A stretch of DNA of 64,000 nt from Calditrichales bacterium (GTDB taxonomy: Bacteria; Calditrichota; Calditrichia; Calditrichales; J004): positions 4,512,001 to 4,576,000 of the forward strand of contig OZ254086.1 in assembly GCA_965267575.1 (NCBI GenBank), read 5' to 3'. Under the pieces are notes generated by a model that saw nothing but the letters and a program-made list of their open reading frames with translations, did not search any database and had not been told where the DNA came from. Made by a program: the position numbers and the translations under genes. How positions within the stretch are numbered: position 1 is the first letter of the stretch; every line of letters begins with the position of its first letter. Positions 18,659 to 28,298 of this stretch are shown piece after piece.

Positions 18659-19078
18659 ATGAAAACTTTAGTAGCCATCGTAACCATGTTCGCCGCAGTA
18701 ACTTTTGCCGCAGCACAAACTAATCAAAGCGATCGTGCCTTACAAAATTATGTACATGCTTTGACGCAGGAGAACGGCGGCGTTGTCGCCAGCGCCATGA
18801 GCAACCTGATGCTGTACCGGGTTGCCAAACCGGATACGGATTTCAGTGAAGCAATCGCCAAATTACGGAAGATAGAAAAAGAACAGGCCAATGATGTTCT
18901 GGGCCACAAAGCCTACATCACCCGACTGTTCCTGGAGCGCCCCGATAAATTCAACTGGATGGATCTGGAATCGGAAGAAGGACAAGCCACGCTGATGATG
19001 CTGGATGCACGCCTGGCCAACCAGATAGCGATCATCAAAGACAAGAATGTCGATTCGCTGTACGTCGACGCCCACTAA
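18659..19078 (+). CDS. Hypothetical secreted protein
   Basis: SD GGAGG and signal peptide MKTLVAIVTMFAAVTFAAA. Confidence 0.75.
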   Translation: MKTLVAIVTMFAAVTFAAAQTNQSDRALQNYVHALTQENGGVVASAMSNLMLYRVAKPDTDFSEAIAKLRKIEKEQANDVLGHKAYITRLFLERPDKFNWMDLESEEGQATLMMLDARLANQIAIIKDKNVDSLYVDAH

Positions 19079-19096
19079 GTATATTTATTCTCCTGT

Positions 19097-19129
19097 AAAG
19101 CCTCCGGTTAACCGCCGGGGGCTTTTTTT
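19097..19129 (+). terminator. Rho-independent terminator
   Basis: AAAGCCTCCGG / CCGGGGGCTTT stem followed by a T-run. Confidence 0.75.
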
Positions 19130-19220
19130 ATTTCGTAATCAATTTGTTACAAAAACCTTAATGGCATTTCATTATCCGATCGTCTATTTTTCAGTTTGCC
19201 CAAAAATCAGAGGAGTTGCC

Positions 19221-21167
19221 ATGGCTAAAACCACGCACATCTGGCACAAAGTTCTGGACAACCCGGACGAGCTGCGGGAAGGACGCGTTATAACAGTAAC
19301 AGCCGGTCACAAAGGGATTGCCTTAAGCTGCTTTGCGGGAAAATTCTGTGCTTTGGAAAACCGTTGTCCACACCAGGGTGGCCCGTTGGGAGAAGGGTCC
19401 ATCGAAAAAGGCTGGCTGCGTTGCCCATGGCACGGCTGGGATTATCATCCCTGTACAGGCAAACCTCCCGGCGGTTATGATGACGGAGTGAAGACCTTTC
19501 CGGTGGAACAGCGTAAAGACGGCATTTACGTAGGGGTAGAAAAGGAAAAGAAACATGTTTCCACCATTACGGATGTTATGGTTGAAACCATGCTCAACTG
19601 GGGTGTTAACATGGTTTTTGGAATGGTCGGTCATAGCAATCTCGGTCTTGCCGATGCCATGCGCCGACAGGAAGAGGCGGGCAGGCTGCGCTATATAGCG
19701 ATTCGTCATGAAGGCGCGGGTGCCTTTGCGGCTTCAGCCTACGGTAAGCTTACAGGAAAACCGGCCGCATGCTTTTCCATTGCCGGACCCGGAGCGACCA
19801 ATATGTATACAGGCATGTGGGACGCCAAAGTGGACCGCGCCCCGTTGCTGGCTTTAACCGGCCAGGTTGAGACACAGGTGGTCGGTACAGGCGCTTTCCA
19901 GGAAGTGGATCTTGTGGCCGCGTTCCACTCCGTTGCCGCATTCAATCACCGCGTGCAGAATAACAGCAAACATGCGGAACTTATGAACCTTGCCATAAAA
20001 CATGCCCTGCTGCAACGCGATGTAGCCCACCTCACCTTTCCCGACGAAGTCCAGACTTTACCGGCGGGCGACTACCAGGCCGGCTCACCCGCAGGACGCA
20101 TTACACCGCTCAATATCTCCCCGCCCCCGGAAATTGTCGATAAAGCCGTCGGGATGCTGTCAAAGGCAAAACGGCCGGTTATTATTATGGGTCATGGCGC
20201 ACGTTTTCACACAGATCAGATTATTGCATTTGCCGAAAAACTGCGCGCCCCGGTATTAACAACATTTAAGGGCAAGGGCCTCATCCCCGATGCCCATCCT
20301 TTGGGTTGCGGCGTTCTTGGACGCAGCGGTACGCCTGTAGCGAGCTGGTTCATGAACGAATGTGATTTGCTGCTTGTCTTTGGAGCATCATTTTCCAATC
20401 ATACCGGCATTACACCTAAAAAACCAACCATCCAGGTTGATTTTGATCCGCTGGCACTAAGTAAATTCCACAGCATCGACGCTGCCGTTTGGGGCGAGAT
20501 TGGCGTTACTCTTAAACTGTTTAGTGAAATGCTTGGCCATAGCATTCAGGCGATAGATCAGCGTGGCGAAGTCGCGGAACGTAAAGCTATCTGGCAAAAA
20601 GAAAAAGCACGGCGTTTAAAGGATGATCGCGGAAAAGGCATCAGTTCTGTCCAGGTTTTCGATGCCATGAATCGTCACGTGCCAGAAAACGCTGTCATAA
20701 CGGTGGACGTGGGTAACAATGCCTATTCTTTCGGACGCTATTTTGAACCTGCGGGGCAGTCCGTCCTCATGAGCGGCTACCTGGGTTCCATCGGCTTCGC
20801 CTATCCGGCCGCTCTGGGCGCGTGGGCCGCTGCGCCGGAAAGACCCATCGTTGCTGTTTCCGGCGACGGCGGTTACGTCCAATATATGGGTGAACTGCTT
20901 ACGGCAGTTAAGTATAAAATGCCCATCAAGCATATTCTGCTAAACAACAGTGAGTTGGGCAAAATATCCAAAGAACAGCGGGCCGCCGAGTTTGACGTCT
21001 GGAAAACGGATTTGCATAATCCCGATTTTTCCCGCTTTGCTGAAAACGCCGGTGCCCTGGGTATTCGCGTCACACGGCGCGATGAACTTGATCAGGCAAT
21101 GGAGAAGATCATCTCCCACAAGGGACCTGCTACCCTGGAAATTATTACAGATGTCGCTTTGGTATAA
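19221..21167 (+). CDS. Rieske [2Fe-2S] domain fused to TPP-dependent pyruvate oxidase/acetolactate synthase-like enzyme
   Basis: CPHQGGPL...CPWHGW Rieske motifs, RHEGAGAFAA and TPP motif GDGG...NNSELG; SD GAGGAG. Confidence 0.9.
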   Translation: MAKTTHIWHKVLDNPDELREGRVITVTAGHKGIALSCFAGKFCALENRCPHQGGPLGEGSIEKGWLRCPWHGWDYHPCTGKPPGGYDDGVKTFPVEQRKDGIYVGVEKEKKHVSTITDVMVETMLNWGVNMVFGMVGHSNLGLADAMRRQEEAGRLRYIAIRHEGAGAFAASAYGKLTGKPAACFSIAGPGATNMYTGMWDAKVDRAPLLALTGQVETQVVGTGAFQEVDLVAAFHSVAAFNHRVQNNSKHAELMNLAIKHALLQRDVAHLTFPDEVQTLPAGDYQAGSPAGRITPLNISPPPEIVDKAVGMLSKAKRPVIIMGHGARFHTDQIIAFAEKLRAPVLTTFKGKGLIPDAHPLGCGVLGRSGTPVASWFMNECDLLLVFGASFSNHTGITPKKPTIQVDFDPLALSKFHSIDAAVWGEIGVTLKLFSEMLGHSIQAIDQRGEVAERKAIWQKEKARRLKDDRGKGISSVQVFDAMNRHVPENAVITVDVGNNAYSFGRYFEPAGQSVLMSGYLGSIGFAYPAALGAWAAAPERPIVAVSGDGGYVQYMGELLTAVKYKMPIKHILLNNSELGKISKEQRAAEFDVWKTDLHNPDFSRFAENAGALGIRVTRRDELDQAMEKIISHKGPATLEIITDVALV

Positions 21168-21202
21168 AAAAAGAGAGCGGTCTTTAAAAACCGCTCTCTT
21201 TT
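21166..21202. terminator. Bidirectional rho-independent terminator
   Basis: AAAAGAGAGCGG / CCGCTCTCTTTT stem between convergent genes. Confidence 0.85.
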
Positions 21203-21216
21203 ACGTGGCGTGATGC

Positions 21217-23001
21217 CTATTTAATCAATGTCATGCGCTTGGCAATAGTAAAATCAGGATGCTTTACACGGTAAATGTAGGTACCGCTGGCAACAGGATT
21301 TCCCAGATCGTCGCGGCTGTCCCATTGCAGCGTATGCCAGCCCGCTTCGGCTTCTTTATCCATCAGCGTTTTAATATGGCGGCCGGTGATGTCAAAAACA
21401 TCCACGCGTACCAGGCCTTTTGTGTGCAACGAAAAACGGATTTCCGTTGTCGGGTTAAAGGGGTTGGGATAGTTTTGCATAACCGTAAAATTACGCGGCC
21501 GCGCAACAGGACCGTCGGGGATGGACGAAACCGATCCGTAGGTAAGCAGGTAACGGCCATAGTTTACAAAATCATCGTTTACACGTTCCTGGTAGATGCT
21601 TTCTGTCACGTAGTCATATTCATCAATGTAGCTGAGGATGCGCTCATAGTCGTACCACTCTTCGCCGGTCCAGTAACCGTTGAGTTGAGTTGCTTCTTTA
21701 TTGGTCATATTTATCGTGGTAAGATCGCGATAATCGTTCAGCCAGCCCGATTCCGTCCACATCTGGAATATATAGGTGTAGGAACCGTCATCATCAGGAT
21801 ACTCATAGGATTCCCTGGAATAGTTTACGGCTTCACCCAAATCGTAGTCCTGCACCTGCTCGATTACTTCCAGCGGCCTGTCCTGCGCATCATAGCTGGT
21901 CGTTGTGCTGTTTGTGACCACCCAGTCTGAGCCGCTCCAGTACTCGCTGGCCGAATAGCTCACATTATGATTGCGACCGTCTTCACCTGCAGAATGATAC
22001 TCAATCACTTCGCGTGATTCGTTATCCCATTCCTGGCCTGTCCAGTATTGCGTGATGTACTGTGTCCATTCGTTGGGCAGGATGACCGATTCGTATACGT
22101 AGACATTACGATAACCGGGCTCCCATTCCTCGCCGTCCCAGCTGCTGGAAATTTGTTCTGTCTTCCTGTCCTGATTGTCATAAACAAAGGAAGTCAGGCT
22201 GGAATTTTCATAACCCTGGTCACCGGCATACTGCGTAATGATCTCATCATTCAAACCGGCCGCCGTCCAGGTGTAGGTTATTAGGAAATAATCACTCCAG
22301 GCGCCTTCCAGCCAAAACTCGGTTTCGTATGTGGCCAGACGTGTCTGGTCAAAATAGGTATTCAGATCACGGTAGCTGTTCACCCATGCTCCGTTTTCGT
22401 CGTACTGATATACCGATTCCAAAACTCTCATTTGATTGTCATAATAAGTCAGGTAGCGGTCTTGGTTAACCCAGGCGCCGTTAAGCCAATTTTGGTAAAC
22501 CGATTCGTTTTGCATGCCGTTGCCATCATAGTTATAAAGATATCGACCAACGTATTCAAGCTTGCCCGTATAACTTTCTTCGGTAGTAACCTCAGTAACT
22601 CTTCCGGAAGCGTTATAGCTATAGCTGTAGCGCCTAAAGACGTCCCAGCTTGTACCGTTCCACATCTCATTGGTATAAAGGGTGTACTGGCCGCTGCTAT
22701 GGTAGGCATAGGTATGACGCAATGCGTTTACCCAGGCATTGTTCTCCCAGTTTTGATAGAGTAATTCGGTGATGAGCCTTTCTCCGCTTGCGCTTACAGT
22801 TTCCTTGTAAAGCATGCGCTGCTGTTTGCCCTCCGCCGATGTCTCCATCTTTTGGCTCTTGATCAGTTCCTGCGGGACAGGTACTTCAGGAAGCTTATGT
22901 TCCCGCTTTTGATGCTGTAAATCCGGCGTTGCCAACGCCAGCGAAACGCTCAGCAGAAAGAGCAGCGCCAGCATTAATCCTCTTATTTTTAAGTTTTTCA
23001 T
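21217..23001 (-). CDS. Secreted repeat protein with T9SS-A/FlgD-Ig-type C-terminal domain
   Basis: Signal peptide, recurring Y-x-Y...W-x4-W repeats and QNYPNPFNPTTEIRF...ASGTYIYR...KRMTLIK. Confidence 0.85.
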   Translation of the reverse strand: MKNLKIRGLMLALLFLLSVSLALATPDLQHQKREHKLPEVPVPQELIKSQKMETSAEGKQQRMLYKETVSASGERLITELLYQNWENNAWVNALRHTYAYHSSGQYTLYTNEMWNGTSWDVFRRYSYSYNASGRVTEVTTEESYTGKLEYVGRYLYNYDGNGMQNESVYQNWLNGAWVNQDRYLTYYDNQMRVLESVYQYDENGAWVNSYRDLNTYFDQTRLATYETEFWLEGAWSDYFLITYTWTAAGLNDEIITQYAGDQGYENSSLTSFVYDNQDRKTEQISSSWDGEEWEPGYRNVYVYESVILPNEWTQYITQYWTGQEWDNESREVIEYHSAGEDGRNHNVSYSASEYWSGSDWVVTNSTTTSYDAQDRPLEVIEQVQDYDLGEAVNYSRESYEYPDDDGSYTYIFQMWTESGWLNDYRDLTTINMTNKEATQLNGYWTGEEWYDYERILSYIDEYDYVTESIYQERVNDDFVNYGRYLLTYGSVSSIPDGPVARPRNFTVMQNYPNPFNPTTEIRFSLHTKGLVRVDVFDITGRHIKTLMDKEAEAGWHTLQWDSRDDLGNPVASGTYIYRVKHPDFTIAKRMTLIK

Positions 23002-23280
23002 GATTGTTTTCCTTCTATAGGGTTTGTGTTTATCTATTATTTTGGACGTATTTTACCTGTTTGGCTAAACCATAGGCTTACCCTCCGGATTTATTAAACT
23101 GTTTATACAGGAACTTAAACGGTAACTATGGGACGGTTCTTTTCCGACTCTCCTGAGAAATTTGCGCGAATTTAAATGTGCGTTATTGCCGCGGTCAATA
23201 GAAATCTTATTTATTTTTAAAGCTAAAATTTTAGGAACGCCAAAGGTACGCAGTCATGTAATCGTGGTTTCAAAAAATAA

Positions 23281-24723
23281 TTAAAAATTAAAAATTATCT
23301 TCAGAAAGGCCTGACCGCCGCCATAGGAAAATACAGATGATTTTCCGGAATTATCCGTATCACTGTCTCCATCGCCGGAAGTTTTACTGACGATTACAGG
23401 GACATATTGCTGCAAACCCACGCTTACCGCAAAAAAACGGCTTATTTCATTATACCAGATAATGCCAGCGTAAAATCCTTTTGCCTCCTTTACTTCGAGT
23501 TGACGAACGCGCAAATCACGAATTCCGAAAACAAGAAACTGAGGCTGCCATGTGCGCAACTCCCCGCTTGGCCGTATGTTTTCATAAGCCAGTGAAAAAT
23601 CAAGCCGGTTGCCCGGAGTCATTTGCCAGCGCCAGTGTCCTTTTAGCTGGTTAAAGCTGTATGCATATTCGGCAACGGCGAAGGAGCGTACACCCAGAAG
23701 ATCAATCCATGCCGGCGAAAAGGGCCAGCTATCGGCATAGCCGCGTGAAGTTAGCAATATATCGCCTGAACAATGAGCAAGGTTTACAATATGCCGTGGA
23801 CCGAATGGTTTTTCGACAAACACTTCTGTTTGCTCAAATGCCGTTTCATAATTGGTGATTTTACCGAATACCGCTGCATCTTGGTAAAGCCGGCCCGCCG
23901 TTTTTTCCATCTGCTTGATAAAGCGAAATCCGAAATTGTCTATCCAGTCGGCTGCAACAAAACGAATACTCATCTTCCAGCCTTCAGCCTTCCCGCTAGG
24001 CAAGGTCGTCCTGCCTGCGTGCCTGTGCTGTTCGCGATTAATCCCGCAATGGTGATAAAACAGTTCCAGGTTGATGCGACGGTTTAAAAAATGAAGCTGC
24101 GCACGGCCCTGTTGCAGCTGCTTGTCGCGAATCCAGCGCAAGCCAACACGTGAATCTTTTATAAAAATTGAAAAATCTCTGTGTTCATGTTCAAGCAAAA
24201 ATCCATATCGCAGGTTGACTTCTGGGAGGGGCTTGAGAACAAGGCCACCAGTCCATATTGGCAATGCCCCATAGCCGGAATCGCGCGCGCCGGCGCCTGC
24301 CTGCAGATAGAGCCAGGGCCAGACCGTGCCGGCCGCTTCAAGTACAAAACGCAAATGGTCCTGCCGGTAACGAAACTCCGAGTCTAAGCTACCGCTGTTT
24401 GCTACTGAAACATATTTATCCAGGGATGCTCCGACGACCAGCGGTCTTCCCGCAACGCTAAACCCGTGACGAACATGGTTGCTCTGACGCCACATATGAA
24501 TGTCATCTGAAAGCCGCCCGCCACGCCGTTCCATGTAAATTTGATCATACCAAAAAGATGATTCCAACCGGGAGCTGTTAAGAGTGTCGTTAGCAAAAGA
24601 AAAAGCCTGTTCCCCGCCATAAAACTCGCCTAGAAAACGCAACGGCAGGGATGGGTTTGATCCAAAAGGGGTTTGTGCGCCAACGCAATATGTAATTGCT
24701 AAAAATAAAAGAGTTATCTTCAT
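23281..24723 (-). CDS. Hypothetical outer-membrane beta-barrel-like protein
   Basis: Signal peptide MKITLLFLAITYCVGA, amphipathic strands and terminal FNF. Confidence 0.65.
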   Translation of the reverse strand: MKITLLFLAITYCVGAQTPFGSNPSLPLRFLGEFYGGEQAFSFANDTLNSSRLESSFWYDQIYMERRGGRLSDDIHMWRQSNHVRHGFSVAGRPLVVGASLDKYVSVANSGSLDSEFRYRQDHLRFVLEAAGTVWPWLYLQAGAGARDSGYGALPIWTGGLVLKPLPEVNLRYGFLLEHEHRDFSIFIKDSRVGLRWIRDKQLQQGRAQLHFLNRRINLELFYHHCGINREQHRHAGRTTLPSGKAEGWKMSIRFVAADWIDNFGFRFIKQMEKTAGRLYQDAAVFGKITNYETAFEQTEVFVEKPFGPRHIVNLAHCSGDILLTSRGYADSWPFSPAWIDLLGVRSFAVAEYAYSFNQLKGHWRWQMTPGNRLDFSLAYENIRPSGELRTWQPQFLVFGIRDLRVRQLEVKEAKGFYAGIIWYNEISRFFAVSVGLQQYVPVIVSKTSGDGDSDTDNSGKSSVFSYGGGQAFLKIIFNF

Positions 24724-24769
24724 AAACGAAAAAGCCCCGCCACGAAGCCGACGGGGCAATTCTTGAAAC

Positions 24770-26368
24770 TTATTGAGGTGACTTTTCCCAGTCATCGGCG
24801 GTTATACCAAAAACACGTTTGAACTCGGAATCGGTCATTCCGGGCATAAAGCCGTTAAATGTCGGGTCCGGGAAAATCCAGGTACTGAAACTGTTGGCCT
24901 GCCAGGTAAGAGCGGGTACATATGCCCGGAAAAGCGTTCTTTCCTTAGCATGATACACATAAAACTCTTCTGTAATAATGTAATTGCCGGCAGTGAGGCT
25001 TTCTCCCCATGATACGTCTATGTAAATATATTTGATATTGGGCTTGGCCATGAGCGCGGTAACAAGGCTGTCAAAGGCAGTATCAAACCCGGGAATATCG
25101 ACATTGCTGTCGAAATAATCATAAGCCTGGCCGCCACCATACCAGGAATAGCTGCGGTTGTAATAATAGTAATTATCTTCGGAGACGCTCAGTTCAGCCC
25201 GAACAGCCATATCCTCTTCGAAGCTCTCGTAGCCGCTGGTCACATCCACCCCAAAAACGTTAATGCTGTAATTGGGCAGCTTGGCTTTTAGATCAGCGAT
25301 CGGGTTATCAAACAGTTGCCCGTAATCCAGGCTGATCGTTTCATCAGGTGTGGCGGGATTATCATCCCAGTCGTCCGTAATAGCCTGTGGCCCGGCAAAC
25401 ATGTTGCGCGCCTCATCGATTTGCTGCTCGATTTCGTCGATCTCCCGTTGCGAGCCGTCCAGCTTAATCAAATCATTGTCCTGCGGATCGCTTTCGTTCT
25501 GCAGGAAGTCTATGCCGGCTTCCATCTTATCCAGCGCTGTAAGCAGCGAGGACTTGGCGTTATTCATCGGTTGGCCTCCGCGACGCAAACTCAGAAACGT
25601 GCCGCCTTTAGAAAATGCGCTTATCGCCTGCAGGCTGTCATAGCCCCAAATGTCCACATTATAAGAAATGGTGAAATTAGCCATGGCATTGAGCATGTTG
25701 ATATAAAATTCCAGAACATAAATTTCGGTCAGATCGATCTCCACCGAGTCAGCGCCGGGGTCGCCCTGCATGCGCGGTGATACCATATAAGTGTAATCGG
25801 GGTTATTGTCAATACGGTCCAGGGCTTTGATCGCTACATCGAGCCTGGGCAATAGTGCCGTTTCGATAACACTTTGAATATCGTTAAAAGTCGGCGGATC
25901 CTGCAGTGCTTTTTTAGGCAGATTTACAAGACCGTACGCAAGTCGCCTGTGCGGCATTTCCACACCTTCAAAAGAGACCGGAAAAAGTGGCTTAAACGAT
26001 GAAGTGCTTTTGCCAAGCCCTTCCACTGAAGTCCCGAAATAGGATTCCCAGTCAAACACCATATTATTAAAATCGTCATCCTGAGTGATCATCAGCAGGC
26101 TGGTAAGAGCCAGGCCAAAATTGGCATCCAGGTTGTTGGGATCCTGCTGGTAAGCGCGATTGAAAAAATTGTAAGGTCTGCTGAAATTTATATCACGATG
26201 GTCATCCACACCGCTGTTGATCATATAATAGAGCACATCTTCCAGGGCGGCGTTGGCCGAATCAACCGTCGCCCGGGCCGCGTTTGGGTCTGGACCGCTT
26301 GATGTTTGTTCGCTGCAACCCGCTATAAAAAGGGCCGCGGCGATTATGGACATGTAAAGTTTATTCAT
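24770..26368 (-). CDS. Hypothetical lipoprotein
   Basis: Lipobox FIAGC, SD GGAGG and acidic 532-aa ORF. Confidence 0.8.
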   Translation of the reverse strand: MNKLYMSIIAAALFIAGCSEQTSSGPDPNAARATVDSANAALEDVLYYMINSGVDDHRDINFSRPYNFFNRAYQQDPNNLDANFGLALTSLLMITQDDDFNNMVFDWESYFGTSVEGLGKSTSSFKPLFPVSFEGVEMPHRRLAYGLVNLPKKALQDPPTFNDIQSVIETALLPRLDVAIKALDRIDNNPDYTYMVSPRMQGDPGADSVEIDLTEIYVLEFYINMLNAMANFTISYNVDIWGYDSLQAISAFSKGGTFLSLRRGGQPMNNAKSSLLTALDKMEAGIDFLQNESDPQDNDLIKLDGSQREIDEIEQQIDEARNMFAGPQAITDDWDDNPATPDETISLDYGQLFDNPIADLKAKLPNYSINVFGVDVTSGYESFEEDMAVRAELSVSEDNYYYYNRSYSWYGGGQAYDYFDSNVDIPGFDTAFDSLVTALMAKPNIKYIYIDVSWGESLTAGNYIITEEFYVYHAKERTLFRAYVPALTWQANSFSTWIFPDPTFNGFMPGMTDSEFKRVFGITADDWEKSPQ

Positions 26369-26588
26369 AAGAATACCTCCGATGGATTTTAAGCCATCTA
26401 ATATACGTCAAAAAACAGCATTAAAATGAGGTTTTTTGCAAAAGAAAGTATCCTCATGTAATAGCCAAACCCAAAAACAAAAAAGGCCCCCGAACAAACG
26501 GGAGCCTTCGAGGGGCAAAACCAAATATATTAAACCATTATTATACTTTGTGTACTCTGTGAAATCATCTGAGCCCTCTGTGGTTGCC

Positions 26589-27449
26589 CTAGCGCACAAG
26601 CAGCATTTTGCGCGTTTTCACAAACTCGCCGGCGCTAAGGCGGTACAGGTAAACCCCGCTGGCCATGCCCGATGCATCCCACACGGCGCGCTGCTCGCCG
26701 GCCTGTTGACGACCGCTTACAAGCTGCTGCACCAGCCGGCCCGTGGCATCAAATATTTCAAGACGAACGTCGGCCGCTTTTGGCAGGTTATAACGAATGG
26801 TGGTAGACGGGTTAAACGGATTGGGATAATTGGCCTCCAGGCGGAAGTCTTTGGCCCGCTTCACATCATCGTTCAGAGAGGTAGCTGTGATCAGCGAAAC
26901 ATTATCAATATAAAAGCCGGCGCCATAATCAAAGTTTTCGTCGGCACCGAGGCTAAATGTAATCTGAACATAGGCCACATCGTCGGAAGATGTGCCACTG
27001 TCATAATCAAATGGTATCGAAGCTTTTGTCCAGCCGGCGTTCACTGTAGCAAAGGAATCTTGCGCGGCGCCGATCAACCCAAAGCTGGCATCATATAACA
27101 GGGCCGATGCGGAAATTGTTTCAGTACCGCCGGACGAACGTTCCAGCTTATAATAAAACTCAAAATCAGAATAGCTACCCGTGAGCGGGTAAGGTGTGCC
27201 GGACCCTCCAAGACTCACCGACGGGAAATAGGGGTTGTTAAAAAAAGAAACAATTTCTCCATGTACGGATAAACTGCCGTCCTGGGCATCATCGGACTGG
27301 GTTATGTTAGTGGCTCCGGAAATATTCGTAGTCCACCAGGTAGCCGGGTCGTCGCCGGACCAATCTTCAAAACTGTGATTGGGTACCGGATTCTGGGCCA
27401 GTGCCAGCCCCACGAAAAACAGGAAAAGAAATAGAAACAAGCGGCGCAT
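26589..27449 (-). CDS. Secreted protein with CBM-like domain and T9SS-A-type C-terminal domain
   Basis: Signal peptide, VPNHSFEDW and NYPNPFNPSTTIRY...ASGVYLYRL...KMLLVR. Confidence 0.85.
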   Translation of the reverse strand: MRRLFLFLFLFFVGLALAQNPVPNHSFEDWSGDDPATWWTTNISGATNITQSDDAQDGSLSVHGEIVSFFNNPYFPSVSLGGSGTPYPLTGSYSDFEFYYKLERSSGGTETISASALLYDASFGLIGAAQDSFATVNAGWTKASIPFDYDSGTSSDDVAYVQITFSLGADENFDYGAGFYIDNVSLITATSLNDDVKRAKDFRLEANYPNPFNPSTTIRYNLPKAADVRLEIFDATGRLVQQLVSGRQQAGEQRAVWDASGMASGVYLYRLSAGEFVKTRKMLLVR

Positions 27450-27633
27450 AATGCCTCCTCTGTTGTGTTAATGTATTGGTGTGCTAATGTGTTAAAGTGC
27501 AAGTTCAGGCAATCCTGAGCATGATCTTGTTCTTGCTCATGATCATGTACATCAAGTACTTAATCCAATAATTCATCAATCGAGTGGCGGATTCAATCGC
27601 CCGAATGGGGTATTTTTGGAGGGAAATATTTTT

Positions 27634-28263
27634 TCAGATAAGCCGGTCGCGGATGGCTTTTTTTACGGCCTCGGCGCGGGAAGTGACGTGGAGCTTCCTG
27701 TAGATATTTTTTATATGGGTCCGCACGGTATGCCCGCTGATGTGCAAATCGTCGGCGATGTTTTTATAGTTGGCCCCATCGCACAACAGCTTCAGCACTT
27801 CATTTTCACGCTGGCTTAGATTGCTTTCATCGGCGCTACGAAAGCTTGCCAGCACGCGCCGTGCAATGGCTGCCGACATCGGGGCGCCGCCGGAAGCCAC
27901 CTCGGAAATGGCCTGCAGCAGAGCAGCGGGTGGCGTGTCCTTCAGCAGATAGCCGGTTGCCCCGGCACACAATGATTCAAATACGGAAGTGTCGTCATCC
28001 TGGATGGTCAGCATCAGGCAATCCAGGTCGGGCAGGGTTTCGCGCAGCTTGCGCACACACTCAATCCCCGGGCTGCCCGGCAGGTTGATATCCATCAGCA
28101 CAACATCGGGCGGGTTTTTTACGATCGCCTCATAGGCTTCTTCGGCGTTGCTGTAGGCCTGAGTGCATCTGTAACCGGGGCTGCCGTCGATCACCAGCGT
28201 TAGCAGGTTGCGGATTTCAGGATCGTCTTCAACGATCGCCACGGAAATTTTGGAATCTGTCAT
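27634..28263 (-). CDS. NarL/LuxR-family response regulator
   Basis: IVEDD, LMDINLP, GATGYLLK and HTH LSQRENEVL...TVRTHIKNIYRKL. Confidence 0.95.
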   Translation of the reverse strand: MTDSKISVAIVEDDPEIRNLLTLVIDGSPGYRCTQAYSNAEEAYEAIVKNPPDVVLMDINLPGSPGIECVRKLRETLPDLDCLMLTIQDDDTSVFESLCAGATGYLLKDTPPAALLQAISEVASGGAPMSAAIARRVLASFRSADESNLSQRENEVLKLLCDGANYKNIADDLHISGHTVRTHIKNIYRKLHVTSRAEAVKKAIRDRLI

Positions 28264-28298
28264 GTTGCTAACATAGCCCGTGCGTTTAAAGGGGTCAA

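Noticed and set aside
19047..19220. Upstream start for the Rieske-TPP enzyme
   Set aside because: It spans the previous gene's end and terminator; the SD supports ATG 19221.
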